64,000 bases of DNA, taken from assembly GCA_032718475.1 (NCBI GenBank), contig JAUCBJ010004176.1, forward strand, positions 83,349-147,348, in the 5' to 3' direction. This stretch comes from Nemertoderma westbladi (taxonomy: Eukaryota; Animalia; Xenacoelomorpha). Made by a program: the position numbers and the translations under genes. Below the pieces are notes generated by a model. The model was not told the DNA's origin. It ran no database searches and was given only the letters and a program-made list of their open reading frames with translations. Of this stretch, positions 20,533-33,200 are shown piece by piece. How positions within the stretch are numbered: the first letter of the stretch is position 1; the number at the start of each line of letters is the position of its first letter.

Positions 20533-22900
20533 GTACACGTTCGTGGGGCCTTCGCGCAGCACGAGGCCCAGTTATGAGATACAAATTAAAATCCCATCAA
20601 AAAATAATAAGCCTAATATTTTGAGAAATAAACGATTTTGGATATAAGCCTTCTGCAGTGGTAATCTTATTGACTGACAATCATTAAATGAGATCTGTCT
20701 ATTACCTGAGACTAAAGAACACAGACTCTATAGTGTAATAGGATGTAGGGAATGCAGGTTTCAATCTCGTTAGGTCTAGCTGGCAGACGTGTGGCTAGTT
20801 ACATACAACCCCCCCTCCACTGGCATTCCCAGCAACTGGCTGCCTTACACACATCCTTCCATCTATTTGGGGCGAGCCACGAAGTGAGTGAGCCTTAGCG
20901 TAGTGGTACCATTAATCAACCTGTCGTTCTGTTGCTTTTTTTGCAGTGTTCAATTTTAAACGTTAATAAATCAGCCAATCTTCGATGAAATCTATCCAAA
21001 CTTGGTACACATGTTGTTTGGCAAAAGTTTAGAAATTTTCCAAGTTGAATTTTCGTGTGGCCTTCGAGAAGCTAAGATAATAGCAGTTAATTAGTTAATT
21101 AAATTGATTACGGTAAAAACAGCACTTTCAACCAGCCTGTTAAAGGAAATTAATTGTTTTACAGTATAAGACTTCAATAATTATACTTAAAAATTATACA
21201 GATGTAATCCACATACCCCATTCTATTATAGTTTTTAATTAGTTCAAGTGATTTGCTTTAATAATTGTGTCTTTAATTGATCTAAAGTAATTAAAATGGC
21301 ATAAAAAAATTTATTCTCATTAAATACTGCTCATTTATTGGCCAATATGCAAGTTGGCTGGTACATAGATGAGAAGGATGTCTGTGTAAGGCAGCCAGTT
21401 GCTGGGAATGCCAGTGGAGGGGGGTTGTATGTAACTAGCCACACGTCTGCCAGCTAGACCTAACGAGATTGAAACCTGCATTCCCTACCTCCTATTACAC
21501 TATAGAGTCTGTGTTCTTTAGTCTCAGGTAATAGACAGATCTCATTTAATGATTGTCAGTCAATAACCTTACCACTGCAGAAGGCTTATATCCAAAATTG
21601 TTTATTTCTCAAAATATTAGGCTTATTATTTTTTGATGGGATTTCTGTGTATTTTAATTGTCTAAGTTTTCAGAGGCATTAACAGTATATTAAATAAATT
21701 ATTTTAATATCATTCATTACTGCATCGACTGTATTTAGTACTGCGTAGATTATATTCCTATAAACCACCCGGCTTCGCATATTGAACGTGCGATTGGAAA
21801 TAAGTTCGTGCTACCCTTCCGTGGGTGGTAGATGTCGCGGTTATGTATTGGTGGGTGGGAAGGGGGGGGGGGGGGGGGCAGATTAAAAGGGCTGAACACG
21901 TACTGTCCCTCTTTCTTTGATTGATTGGCGGTGTGGTTAAATTTCTAAATTTTACTAATTTATAAAGTTTAATACTGATTTTGTGATACAGTCGCTCGAT
22001 TTTAATTTGTATCCCATAAATGGGCCTCGTGCTGCGCGAAGGCCCCACGAACGTGTACCAGCCAACTTGTATGTTGGCCAATAAATGAGCAGTATTTAAT
22101 GAGAATCAATTTTTTATGCCGTTTTAATTACTTTAGATCAATTAAAGACACAATTATTAAAGCTACTACCAGAGATCTGATTTCCAGATGGTATCCATTT
22201 CTGATAGAGCTACCCAAGCCTTTGCTTTCCTAACTTCTATGTCCTTTTTGCTACTCTCTATCCATGATCCAAGGTACTGGAAGTCGTCAACCTTCCTTAG
22301 TTGATTATTATCAATGATTGTCAAGTTACCATCAACATTAAAGGTCATGAATCCGGTCTTTGTAGCATTTATATGCAATCCAACCTCCTTAGCAGCCCTC
22401 TCCACTTTATTTAGTAGAAGCTGTGCATCTGCTAGGGTATTAGAGAGCAGGGCGATGTCATCCGCAAAGTCGGTGTCTGTGACTGTAGTTGCCGGATATC
22501 TACTACTTCTGCGTTCTTGAAGTGTGAATCCCAGATCTTCACCCTTTGTGGCCGTCCTCATTGCGTAATCCAGCACAATTACAAATAGTAATGGTGCTAA
22601 TGTGTCACCTTGCAGTACGCCAGCCAGGATTGAGAAAAACTCAGTTTCACCATCTGGTGAGAGTACCTGCGCTTCTGTGTCACAATATAACAATCCAATG
22701 CCAGCAACAATTACTTCTGGTATTCCATTATTAAAGCAAATCACTTGAACTAATTAAAAACTATAATAGAATGGGGTATGTGGATTACATCTGTATAATT
22801 TTTAAGTATAATTATTGAAGTCTTATACTGTAAAACAATTAATTTCCTTTAACAGGCAGGTTGAAAGTGCTGATTTTACCGTAATCAATTTAATTAACTA
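20533..22900. repeat. Interleaved inverted duplications (A B x C B' y A' C')
   Basis: 20533-20600 is inverted at 21997-22058; 20588-20863 at 21367-21644; 21087-21363 at 22055-22900. Confidence 0.85.
22164..22726 (-). mobile_element. RTE-clade LINE internal RT fragment with 11-bp TSD
   Basis: GVLQGDTLAPLLF, DFADDIALL, FQYLGSWI. TSD attattaaagc at 22153-22163 and 22727-22737; the empty site is visible in the inverted copy near 21255. Confidence 0.9.
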
Positions 22901-22997
22901 CTATAATTAACTATTAAAAAGCGGTGAATTGAACCGAAACCCAATAATTTTTTTTTAATTACTTTTATAATTGTTTCATTATCGGTATCGTTGCTAG

Positions 22998-23205
22998 GTT
23001 ACACCTACTGCTGCGACTGGTGGAGTGTTGGAGTTATCCTGTACGAGATGGTGATTGGTCAACCCCCGTTCATGGCCGGTTCTCCTACAGAGACTCAACT
23101 GAAGGTTATCAATTGGCGGGAACATCTTCGGATACCGAGTCAAGCCAATATCTCGTCTGAGTCAGCAGATCTCATACTGGCCTTGTGTTGCGATCAGGAA
23201 AATAG
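22998..23205 (+). CDS. LATS: LATS kinase exon (subdomains IX-XI)
   Basis: gctag|GYTYCCDWWSVGVILYEMVIGQPPF...ETQLKVINW...CCDQENR|gtaag. Confidence 0.97.
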
Positions 23206-23876
23206 GTAAGGGGGGTTAATAGTTAAGTAGATTCGATAGGCTCACCCAAGGAAAATATTGAATATATCGACTATTGGCAGAAAATATAACATTTGATATT
23301 GAATAGATATTTATTTCAATATTTTGATACTTAAAAAATATAAAGGTGTGTAAATAATATGTCAAATCCAAATATAATTTTTTGTTTTGTTATTCGAATA
23401 ATATTATTAAAACATATAAATTACACAAAACAAGGAAACAAGCCACCCCAGCTCAAAAATTCAAAATATGTTTTTTTTTGAGAAATCATTCAAATATTTA
23501 CTATAACAATGTGGGTGTATTACTTTAAAACAAGCTGACCACTCAACTCTCTTATAAATGACGTTTACAATTAATAGATTAAATTAATTGATAATTAATT
23601 TTCAATTTTTGCCTCTTTTTTAAAATCGTTTCGGTTATGTAAATTAATTATAAAATATTAATAAAAAACAAATTTGTTGTAGAATATATCCACAACCTGG
23701 TATGGACTTATTTATATTTTTCTAACCCCCCCCCCCCCCCCCCTCCCTATCTGATGTACTGCAGTATTACAGCCCATAATAACATAGACAGTTGGAAAAC
23801 TAAAATGACAATGGAAAATAAGAAATTTGGCATATTAATCTGACAGCGGTAACGATAAGAGTTGTGATGACAGTGG

Positions 23877-24099
23877 TCATTGATTTGGCGGTGTTTGTTT
23901 ATCGTCATCGTTACGACGGTCTTCGGGCAACTGAATTCCTTTAAAGTGTTGCGAATTCTTGAACTCCCGGTAGAGGGCCACGAGTTGATGGACTGTGGGT
24001 AGTCGCTCGTCGTTGTAGACTGGAATATCGAGAATAGCGGCCACCATGTCTATGTAGGTAGGGAGTTCTACATCCAAATCAGCTGATGGAATCCCCAAC
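23877..24099 (-). CDS. IFT46: Intraflagellar transport protein 46, last exon
   Basis: tcttag|...LGIPSADLDVELPTYIDMVAAILDIPVY...LYREFKNSQHF...*; phase 2 matches the previous exon. Confidence 0.92.
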
Positions 24100-24361
24100 C
24101 TAAGACATGTAGGACAGCGCATTATAGTTGTTTGGCACCCTGTTGTACTATTATACAATGTTTTGTATGATAGGAACAGGTATAATATGTCAAAGGGGGT
24201 GATTACTGTGTGCCTAGTTAAGTTACTCTCACCCTCCCAGTCAGTAGTATGAATATCATATACAATATATTGTGTCCCTAGGCCGATGAGAGATTTACCG
24301 GTAACCGATATCTTTATTTCTTTACGAACTATCTCTCTCTGTCTGTCACTTTTCCACCTAC

Positions 24362-24693
24362 CTGTTAACGTGTTCTTCGAACTCCGGTTGCCACTCCTGC
24401 ATCAGCGCATCCAGTTCCGGCATCGGCAACCTCCCGATGCGTTTATTCATCGACGCTCCGGTTTGTGACGCCGTCGCTTTGTGCATCGTTTCTATGTTGT
24501 CCACCCAGTTCTGTATAAACTTTGGGTTCTTGATTGGATCCGGTATGCTCTGTATCTCCATGTTCTTCCCTATTGGTTTTCTGTAGGAGGCGCGCATCTG
24601 TAGTTCCATAACGACGGGGTTTGATTGGACAATACCGGGCTCATCCAACGTCATCAATCCCAACTCAGTATCTGGTTTGTCCGGTCTTGGTAC
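24362..24693 (-). CDS. IFT46: IFT46 internal exon
   Basis: aaag|VPRPDKPDTELGLMTLDEPGIVQSNPVV...KNPKFIQNWV...MPELDALMQEWQPEFEE|gtagg. Confidence 0.92.
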
Positions 24694-24784
24694 CTTTTAT
24701 TATATCAATTGTTGTATTATTTTACTACTATTTTATTAGTTCTTTGTTATACAGTACTACGACGTCTGAGAATCTAAGAAACAA

Positions 24785-24870
24785 CTATCGATTTTCGTAT
24801 TGATGACGAGTCTGAGTCTGTGATAAGCATAGGTGGTCTCTCCTATAATGATTTTCATTCTGTTTGGGAA
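24785..24870 (+). pseudogene. Degenerate copy of the same C/D snoRNA family
   Basis: GATGACGAGTCTGA (perfect rRNA complement) and a ttgggaa end, but the C box is damaged and the D box reads CTGT. Confidence 0.55.
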
Positions 24871-25312
24871 ACACTTGAATTAGGTAGTCGAACTACTAAG
24901 ATAAAAATATGTATTTCAAAATATGAAATCTAACACGATTGATAATGTTATATCCGAATTGAGCACAGCCAGAGAATAGCTGACTTAACCTGGGAAAGAC
25001 AAGAGGCCACGCACAAAGCCGCAAGTTTGTGTGCCTCCAATATTAGGTTATGTTAAATAATACATTAAAATCTGTGACAAATCAGTTAAAGTTATTCGAT
25101 TACCCGTATGATTTCGAGTCATTAAGTACAATTTACCAAAGTTATAAGCATTACTACTTGCTCATGATTAAAACGACCTGACCTTTACAAACTAGCAGTG
25201 TGTCATGACGCGTTAGTAATTCCAAGTATCACCCTGCGAGATCCCTGCAAATGTTCTTATTGTTAATGACTATGTAATCGATTCGTGTTTGTTTTGAATT
25301 AATTTTATTTAC

Positions 25313-25557
25313 CTTTATAAAAGCGTCGATATCGCCCACTGACGGTATATATTCTGGTATAAAAGCTTTCAGTTTGTATTTAAGTTCTTTGACATGCTCG
25401 TCAGGTTTGTACCTCTGTATCATATGGAACAAGGCTTTTATTTCATCGTTAACCACCAATCCCTCGTATTCTTTAGGTTTGTAGTTGCTCTCAACATGCA
25501 TTTCGTTTTGCATTTTATTTCCAATGGACACATTTTCATCACCATTCGTTGCTATAG
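25313..25557 (-). CDS. IFT46: IFT46 exon (start of conserved domain)
   Basis: attcag|...YKPKEYEGLVVNDEIKALFHMIQRYKP...LKAFIPEYIPSVGDIDAFIK|gtaaat. Confidence 0.92.
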
Positions 25558-26714
25558 CTGAATAATAAGTTAAACATATATACTTTGGTTAAAAATTATT
25601 TATTTACATTTCAGTTGGGTTTACCACCTCAACCAAGAATTTAAATCAATTTAGTCCAATCAACTCCTAATTAACCAGAATTATCTATTAAATCAAACTA
25701 TACTTGTTAAATTTTTATATAATAATTTTGATATATGATAGTTACCATGGCAACAGGGGTAGGTATTATAATATGTTCTAGAACAACCTGTTGGGCCTTG
25801 TTTTCCAGCTAATAATACTTTTACCCATCTAGTATTTTATATAAGGATATATGCACAATACATAAGCCAATCAAAATGGCAAAACACTAAAGCTAAAACA
25901 GTGAAGAATAGTTATTTTCTAAGAGTTGAGGAAATTATTAAATTTTCTTTAGAATGAGATGAGAATGGTATATTAGTGATATGCTACTCCTAGTTACCGA
26001 GATATACCAATTGATGTGCGACAGGTCTGTGTGAATAATTCTACCCATTGATTAACAGTTTTATTCTTAAATTGTTTCTTTCGCTCGAATATACTCCAAA
26101 ATCGGGAGAAAAAGTTTCACTTATTATCCCTAGGGAAAATAGTAACCCACAGGATTGCTTTGATTTTACTTTTTTCCCGGCGAAAAAAGTAAAATAAAAA
26201 CTTTTTCTTAAATTTTATTACATATGTGTTGAAAGAGCATTGAAGCGTTTGCACGTAATTTGAGCAAAATCCATTCAGACACTCAAACGTTATTGCAACC
26301 GTACACCAAAACGGAATTCAATATCCAATATTGGTTTATGTAAAGCGGGTCTCTAGTTACATAATAAATATTCGAGAACACTAAATTATTTAACATTGAG
26401 TAAGGCAGCATCGGGAGTTGAAGAGTACAGCAATTTGAATCGCAGTAACTATATGGAGGCAATATAGTAGTAATAATACTATAGTTAAATTTATTTTGTA
26501 ACACTACGGTACAGTATATCGCTTTATCTTTTATTAAAAAATTAAGCAACAAAAAAGTATAAAAATTTAAGAATAAAATTACGTATTACCTGGGAAAAAA
26601 TTTAGAACTTTTTTTTCAATATTCTCTCGACCCTTTATTAACCTCGCTGGCATTAACCTCGAGGCATAAAATGCCTCGAGTATTGTGAAATTTTTCTCAT
26701 GTAATAAATAATTA

Positions 26715-27228
26715 GGGAGCAGTTCCGTATGCAGTCGCATTTTCTAAAAAACTTTTACGAAATATATATTACCATATATTATGACTAATCTAGAACTAAA
26801 TTACCATCGTTGACTTCCTCACAACATTTTTCAAAAAATATTGTGTTCTAGAACACAATATTAGCTAATTTCTGAACATTTGCTACCGCTAATAAAAAAT
26901 CAAGGTATATTTTTTAAATTAGCTATATGGTCTAGAACATTATATTTGTATTTTATTTATGTTCTAGAATAGTTTATATTACTTTTCTATTGTTCTAGAA
27001 TCTTCAACGTTGCCATAGTAACAATGATATATGTTTTAAATATGTAGTGCTATATGGAAATCTATCCTAAAAAAGTAGAAAAACTAGCTTATATAAAAAA
27101 TAATAATTGTGTTCTAGAATAAAAATATTTTTCAGAATTGATAGCCAACACGTGTTCTGTAATTTTTACAAAAAATTAACAAAAACCAGCTGGTATAAAA
27201 TGTTAATACTACATACGGAACTCTTGCC
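26715..27228. mobile_element. MITE, GG...CC termini, 8-bp TSD
   Basis: TIR core agttccgtatg/catacggaact; aataatta is duplicated at 26707-26714 and 27229-27236. Confidence 0.7.
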
Positions 27229-27509
27229 AATAATTATATTACATAATTAATTAAATTATTCTGTAACATCGCTGCTTTGCCAATTACTCTTCCCTTCTGT
27301 TCCTTTTGTTTGGCGTCTGTTATTTAAATTTACGAAGTTTTTTGGATAAATATATGATCCGGAAACTAAATTTTTTAGGCTTTTTTTGGACTTTTTAGGC
27401 AAAATAATTAATAATAATAATAATATTAAATTCTAAATTGATTTGTGTTTTATACATGTTTTCCTTGTTAGATTTTTTTTTCATTCATGTTATTCATTAT
27501 CGTACTAAC

Positions 27510-28911
27510 CTGGTACCTTCAATTTAACGTCATTTTTATCATCGCTGCTGGATTTTCGTATTGCAGTTTGTTCATCCCGCTCTGGTGAACTATTGTCTTC
27601 GAAGTCGTTCGCAATTGTCTCCTGTGTTGGTGGTTGGGTTGGCGTCTTATCTCTTCTCAAAAATTTTCGAAAGAACCCTGTAGTTTTGCTCTTACTATTT
27701 TTAGCTGTAGATATATCAGTTGAGCTGAGTGTTTCTTTTGAAATGGAAGTATCATCTGTATTCAATCCATTTTTTAAGATAGAACTTTCGTTTGTGCTGT
27801 GGGCATCTCTTGTGATGGAACCATCGTTTTTTTTGTTGGCATCTCTTGTGATGGAACTATCGTTTTTCGTGTTTGCATCTCTTGTGATGGAATCATGGTT
27901 TGTCTTGTTCACATCTTTTGAGATGGAACTTGAACCATCGTTTGCCTTGTTCACATCTTTTGAAATGGAATTGGAACTATCGTTTGCCTTGTTTGCATCT
28001 TTTGAGATGGAACTATCGTTTGCCTTGTTTGCATCTTTCGAGATGGAACTATCGTTTGCCTTGTTTGCATCTTTTGAGATGGAACTATCGTTTGCCTTGT
28101 CTGCGTCTTTTGAGATGGAACTGGAACCATCGTTTGCCTTGTTTGCATCTTTTGAGATGGAACTGGAACCATCGTTTGCCTTGTTTGCATCTTTTGAGAT
28201 GGAACTATCGTTTGCCTTGTTTGCATCTTTTGAGATGGAACTATCGTTTGCCTTGTCTGCGTCTTTTGAGATGGAACTGGAACCATCGTTTGCCTTGTTT
28301 GCATCTTTTGAGATGGAACTATCGTTTGCCTTGTTTGCATCTTTTGAGATGGAACTATCGTTTGCCTTGTTTGCATCTTTTGAGATGGAACTATCGTTTG
28401 CCTTGTTTGCATCTTTTGAGATGGAACTATCGTTTGCCTTGTTTGCATCTTTTGAGATGGAACTATCGTTTGCCTTGTTTGCATCTTTTGAGATGGAACT
28501 ATCGTTTGCCTTGTTTGCATTTTTTGTAATGGAACTATCGTTTGCCTTGTTTGCATCTTTTGAGATGGAACTATCGTTTGCCTTGTTTGCATCTTTTGAG
28601 ATGAAACTATCGTTTATGCTACTTGCATCTTTAGAGATGGAACTATCGTTTGCTAAATCTCTATGATATTCTGTTGCTGCTTTAGGTTTTTGGCCTTCTA
28701 TTGATTCTATTTCTTCTATTGGGCTATCAGTTATGGTAGAGCTACCCTCGAGTTTACTTAAATTGCCATCTAATGAATTGTCATCAACTTTCGGAATTGT
28801 ATTGTTTTTTGATTCAGGGGTCAGATTTCCATCCATAGTTAAGTATTTTCGTTGTCCTTCTTGGTTTTCTTCCACAGTTTTCGATGTAACATCGTCTGGG
28901 TGCGCGTCCAT
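27510..28911 (-). CDS. IFT46: Probable first coding exon of IFT46: long disordered region with 12-aa repeats
   Basis: 468-aa ATG-initiated ORF with unique coding flanks on both sides of the repeat. It ends at a phase-1 donor (cag|gttagt) matching the phase-1 acceptor at 25557. The link to IFT46 is inferred. Confidence 0.6.
27780..28655 (-). repeat. Coding 36-bp (variant 42-bp) minisatellite encoding NDSSISKDANKA
   Basis: More than 20 units; all length variants preserve the frame. Confidence 0.93.
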
Positions 28912-30208
28912 TATTGTTTCGAGTTAGATAATGTTCTCATTTATTTGGGGTCGTGTAATTATTGATGACGCTACATTATTTTTTGACAATAAAGGGAAGT
29001 TACTTTACTGTAAACTCATGCCGCTCCCCAAGATCCCGGTAATATTATTACGCCCACGCAATCTCCGGGTATTAAATTCACAACTTTTGACTATTTCTAT
29101 TATTTGCTACTCAACGGCGTCGTTAGGTGATAGTTTTTATGTAGCGCATTGTTCCTTTATGAGACATGGGGGTGTGTTCGTTGATGCAGCATTGTCCCAG
29201 CAATCTCAGCAAACAAATCCTATTATTATTAATAAATTGAAATACCAGCTAATACCTGTTGTAATACAGTCAACTATGCTACCATTTGCTGGTTGAAAGG
29301 TTTTAATATTTCTCAGCTTACTAATTTTTCTTCACATTTTTATTTGTTACGACTACACCATGTCTCGGAATATGGGGTCGTAATTTAGTGACATAACCCC
29401 CCCCCCCCCCCCCCCCCCCCATTATTAAAATTATTTTAATGAGATTGTAGATTTACCTCACATGACAGAATTTGGATTTTTCTTTAATTTAGCTATAAGC
29501 GTTTAAAATAGCTGCCTCCGTCGATATTGCACCGGTCGTACAGTTATTCATTGGTAGTTGGTACCAATGGAAAGATGACGTTGCATGGATTCCAAGTATG
29601 CAATAAATTTTGAATTTCGTTGCGAAATACCTGAGATATGGGCGTTCTAATGAGTGTAAACGCTACGCTGACAACCGACAACCAATGCCGACAACCATTG
29701 TTAAAGGTTAAAGCTAATTAATGTAATTATCAATTGAGAGAAAGGAACAAGTTACAGTGGAAAGTTATTATAACCAAAACAATACACGAGAGTCACGAAC
29801 TCAGGTTACATTTTCATATTTCCCGTTGTCGGCCTTGGTTTTCGGCTGTCGGTTGTCGGCGTAGCGTTTACACTCCGTTTTAATGTTGTATCCACTACAC
29901 GCCATTTATTCGATTTATTTATACCCAACACCAACATTCTGGGACATGTTTTTTTATCTCTTAAGTACCGGTAGATGGCAAACGATGGCCGTATGGTTGT
30001 GAAAACACAAAAACGTACGGGTAGCTCTTTCTGGCAGCAAATTCCGAATATGTTGACTTTCTCAAAATACGACTTTGTATATCATTCGAAAGCTTGTGAT
30101 ACGCTGAATACAATGTGGAAATTTTCCCAGCAGGGATGTAAATGGATAAATATGTGTAAAACACAATCGCCCGAATTGTAACATTTAGTCTGCAGTAGAT
30201 TTACTAAT

Positions 30209-33200
30209 CGCATTGCCTTGTACACAAGTTAACACTTTGTCTATGGTGTAACGCAATGCCTTGTACACAAGTTAACACTTTGTCTATGGTGTAACGCATT
30301 GCCTTGTACACAAGTTAACACTTTGTCTATGGTGTAACGCATTGCCTTGTACACAAGTTAACACTTTGTCTATGGTGTAACGCATTGCCTTGTACACAAG
30401 TTAACATTTTGTCTATGGTGTAACGCATTGCCTTGTACACAAGTTAACACTTTGTCTATGGTGTAACGCATTGCCTTGTACACAAGTTAACACTTTGTCT
30501 ATGGTGTAACGCATTGCCTTGTACACAAGTTAACATTTTGTCTATGGTGTAACGCATTATTGCCTTGTACACAAGTTAACACTTTGTCTATGGTGTAACG
30601 CATTGCCTTGTACACAAGTTAACACTTTGTCTATGGTGTAACGCATTGCCTTGTACACAAGTTGACACTTTGTCTATGGTGTAACGCATTGCCTTGTACA
30701 CAAGTTAACACTTTGTCTATGGTGTAACGCATTGCCTTGTACACAAGTTAACACTTTGTCTATGGTGTAACGCATTGCCTTGTACACAAGTTAACACTTT
30801 GTCTATGGTGTAACGCATTGCCTTGTACACAAGTTAACACTTTGTCTATGGTGTAACGCATTGCCTTGTACACAAGTTAACACTTTGTCTATGGTGTAAC
30901 GCATTGCCTTGTACACAAGTTGACACTTTGTCTATGGTGTAACGCATTGCCTTGTACACAAGTTAACACTTTGTCTATGGTGTAACGCATTGCCTTGTAC
31001 ACAAGTTAACACTTTGTCTATGGTGTAACGCATTGCCTTGTACACAAGTTAACATTTTGTCTATGGTGTAACGCATTGCCTTGTACACAAGTTAACACTT
31101 TGTCTAAGGTGTAACGCATTGCCTTGTACACAAGTTAACATTTTGTCTATGGTGTAACGCATTGCCTTGTACACAAGTTAACATTTTGTCTATGGTGTAA
31201 CGCATTGCCTTGTACACAAGTTAACACTTTGTCTAAGGTGTAACGCATTGCCTTGTACACAAGTTAACATTTTGTCTATGGTGTAACGCATTGCCTTGTA
31301 CACAAGTTGACACTTTGTCTATGGTGTAACGCATTGCCTTGTACACAAGTTAACATTTTGTCTATGGTGTAACGCATTGCCTTGTACACAAGTTAACATT
31401 TTGTCTATGGTGTAACGCATTGCCTTGTACACAAGTTGACACTTTGTCTATGGTGTAACGCATTGCCTTGTACACAAGTTAACATTTTGTCTATGGTGTA
31501 ACGCATTGCCTTGTACACAAGTTAACATTTTGTCTATGGTGTAACGCATTGCCTTTTACACAAGTTAACACTTTGTCTAAGGTGTAACGCATTGCCTTGT
31601 ACACAAGTTAACATTTTGTCTAAGGTGTAACGCATTGCCTTGTACACAAGTTAACATTTTGTCTATGGTGTAACGCATTGCCTTTTACACAAGTTAACAT
31701 TTTGTCTATGGTGTAACGCATTGCCTTTTACACAAGTTAACACTTTGTCTATGGTGTAACGCATTGCCTTTTAAACAAGTTAACACTTTGTCTATGGTGT
31801 AACGCATTGCCTTGTACACAAGTTAACACTTTGTCTATGGTGTAACGCATTGCCTTGTACACAAGTTAACACTTTGTCTATGGTGTAACGCATTGCCTTG
31901 TACACAAGTTAACATTTTGTCTATGGTGTAACGCATTGCCTTGTACACAAGTTAACACTTTGTCTATGGTGTAACGCATTGCCTTGTACACAAGTTAACA
32001 TTTTGTCTATGGTGTAACGCATTGCCTTTTAAACAAGTTAACACTTTGTCTATGGTGTAACGCATTGCCTTGTACACAAGTTAACACTTTGTCTATGGTG
32101 TAACGCATTGCCTTGTACACAAGTTAACACTTTGTCTATGGTGTAACGCATTGCCTTGTACACAAGTTAACATTTTGTCTATGGTGTAACGCATTGCCTT
32201 GTACACAAGTTAACACTTTGTCTATGGTGTAACGCATTGCCTTGTACACAAGTTAACACTTTGTCTATGGTGTAACGCATTGCCTTGTACACAAGTTAAC
32301 ACTTTGTCTATGGTGTAACGCATTGCCTTGTACACAAGTTAACACTTTGTCTATGGTGTAACGCATTGCCTTGTACACAAGTTGACACTTTGTCTATGGT
32401 GTAACGCATTGCCTTGTACACAAGTTAACACTTTGTCTATGGTGTAACGCATTGCCTTGTACACAAGTTAACACTTTGTCTATGGTGTAACGCATTGCCT
32501 TGTACACAAGTTAACATTTTGTCTATGGTGTAACGCATTGCCTTGTACACAAGTTAACACTTTGTCTAAGGTGTAACGCATTGCCTTGTACACAAGTTAA
32601 CATTTTGTCTATGGTGTAACGCATTGCCTTGTACACAAGTTAACATTTTGTCTATGGTGTAACGCATTGCCTTGTACACAAGTTAACACTTTGTCTAAGG
32701 TGTAACGCATTGCCTTGTACACAAGTTAACATTTTGTCTATGGTGTAACGCATTGCCTTGTACACAAGTTGACACTTTGTCTATGGTGTAACGCATTGCC
32801 TTGTACACAAGTTAACATTTTGTCTATGGTGTAACGCATTGCCTTGTACACAAGTTAACATTTTGTCTATGGTGTAACGCATTGCCTTGTACACAAGTTG
32901 ACACTTTGTCTATGGTGTAACGCATTGCCTTGTACACAAGTTAACATTTTGTCTATGGTGTAACGCATTGCCTTGTACACAAGTTAACATTTTGTCTATG
33001 GTGTAACGCATTGCCTTTTACACAAGTTAACACTTTGTCTAAGGTGTAACGCATTGCCTTGTACACAAGTTAACATTTTGTCTAAGGTGTAACGCATTGC
33101 CTTGTACACAAGTTAACATTTTGTCTATGGTGTAACGCATTGCCTTTTACACAAGTTAACATTTTGTCTATGGTGTAACGCATTGCCTTTTACACAAGTT

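Noticed and set aside
27593-28666. 357-aa hydrophobic + strand ORF and other frames over the 36-bp repeat
   Set aside because: Shadow frames of a stop-free repeat; only the minus ORF has an ATG, unique flanks and a splice donor.
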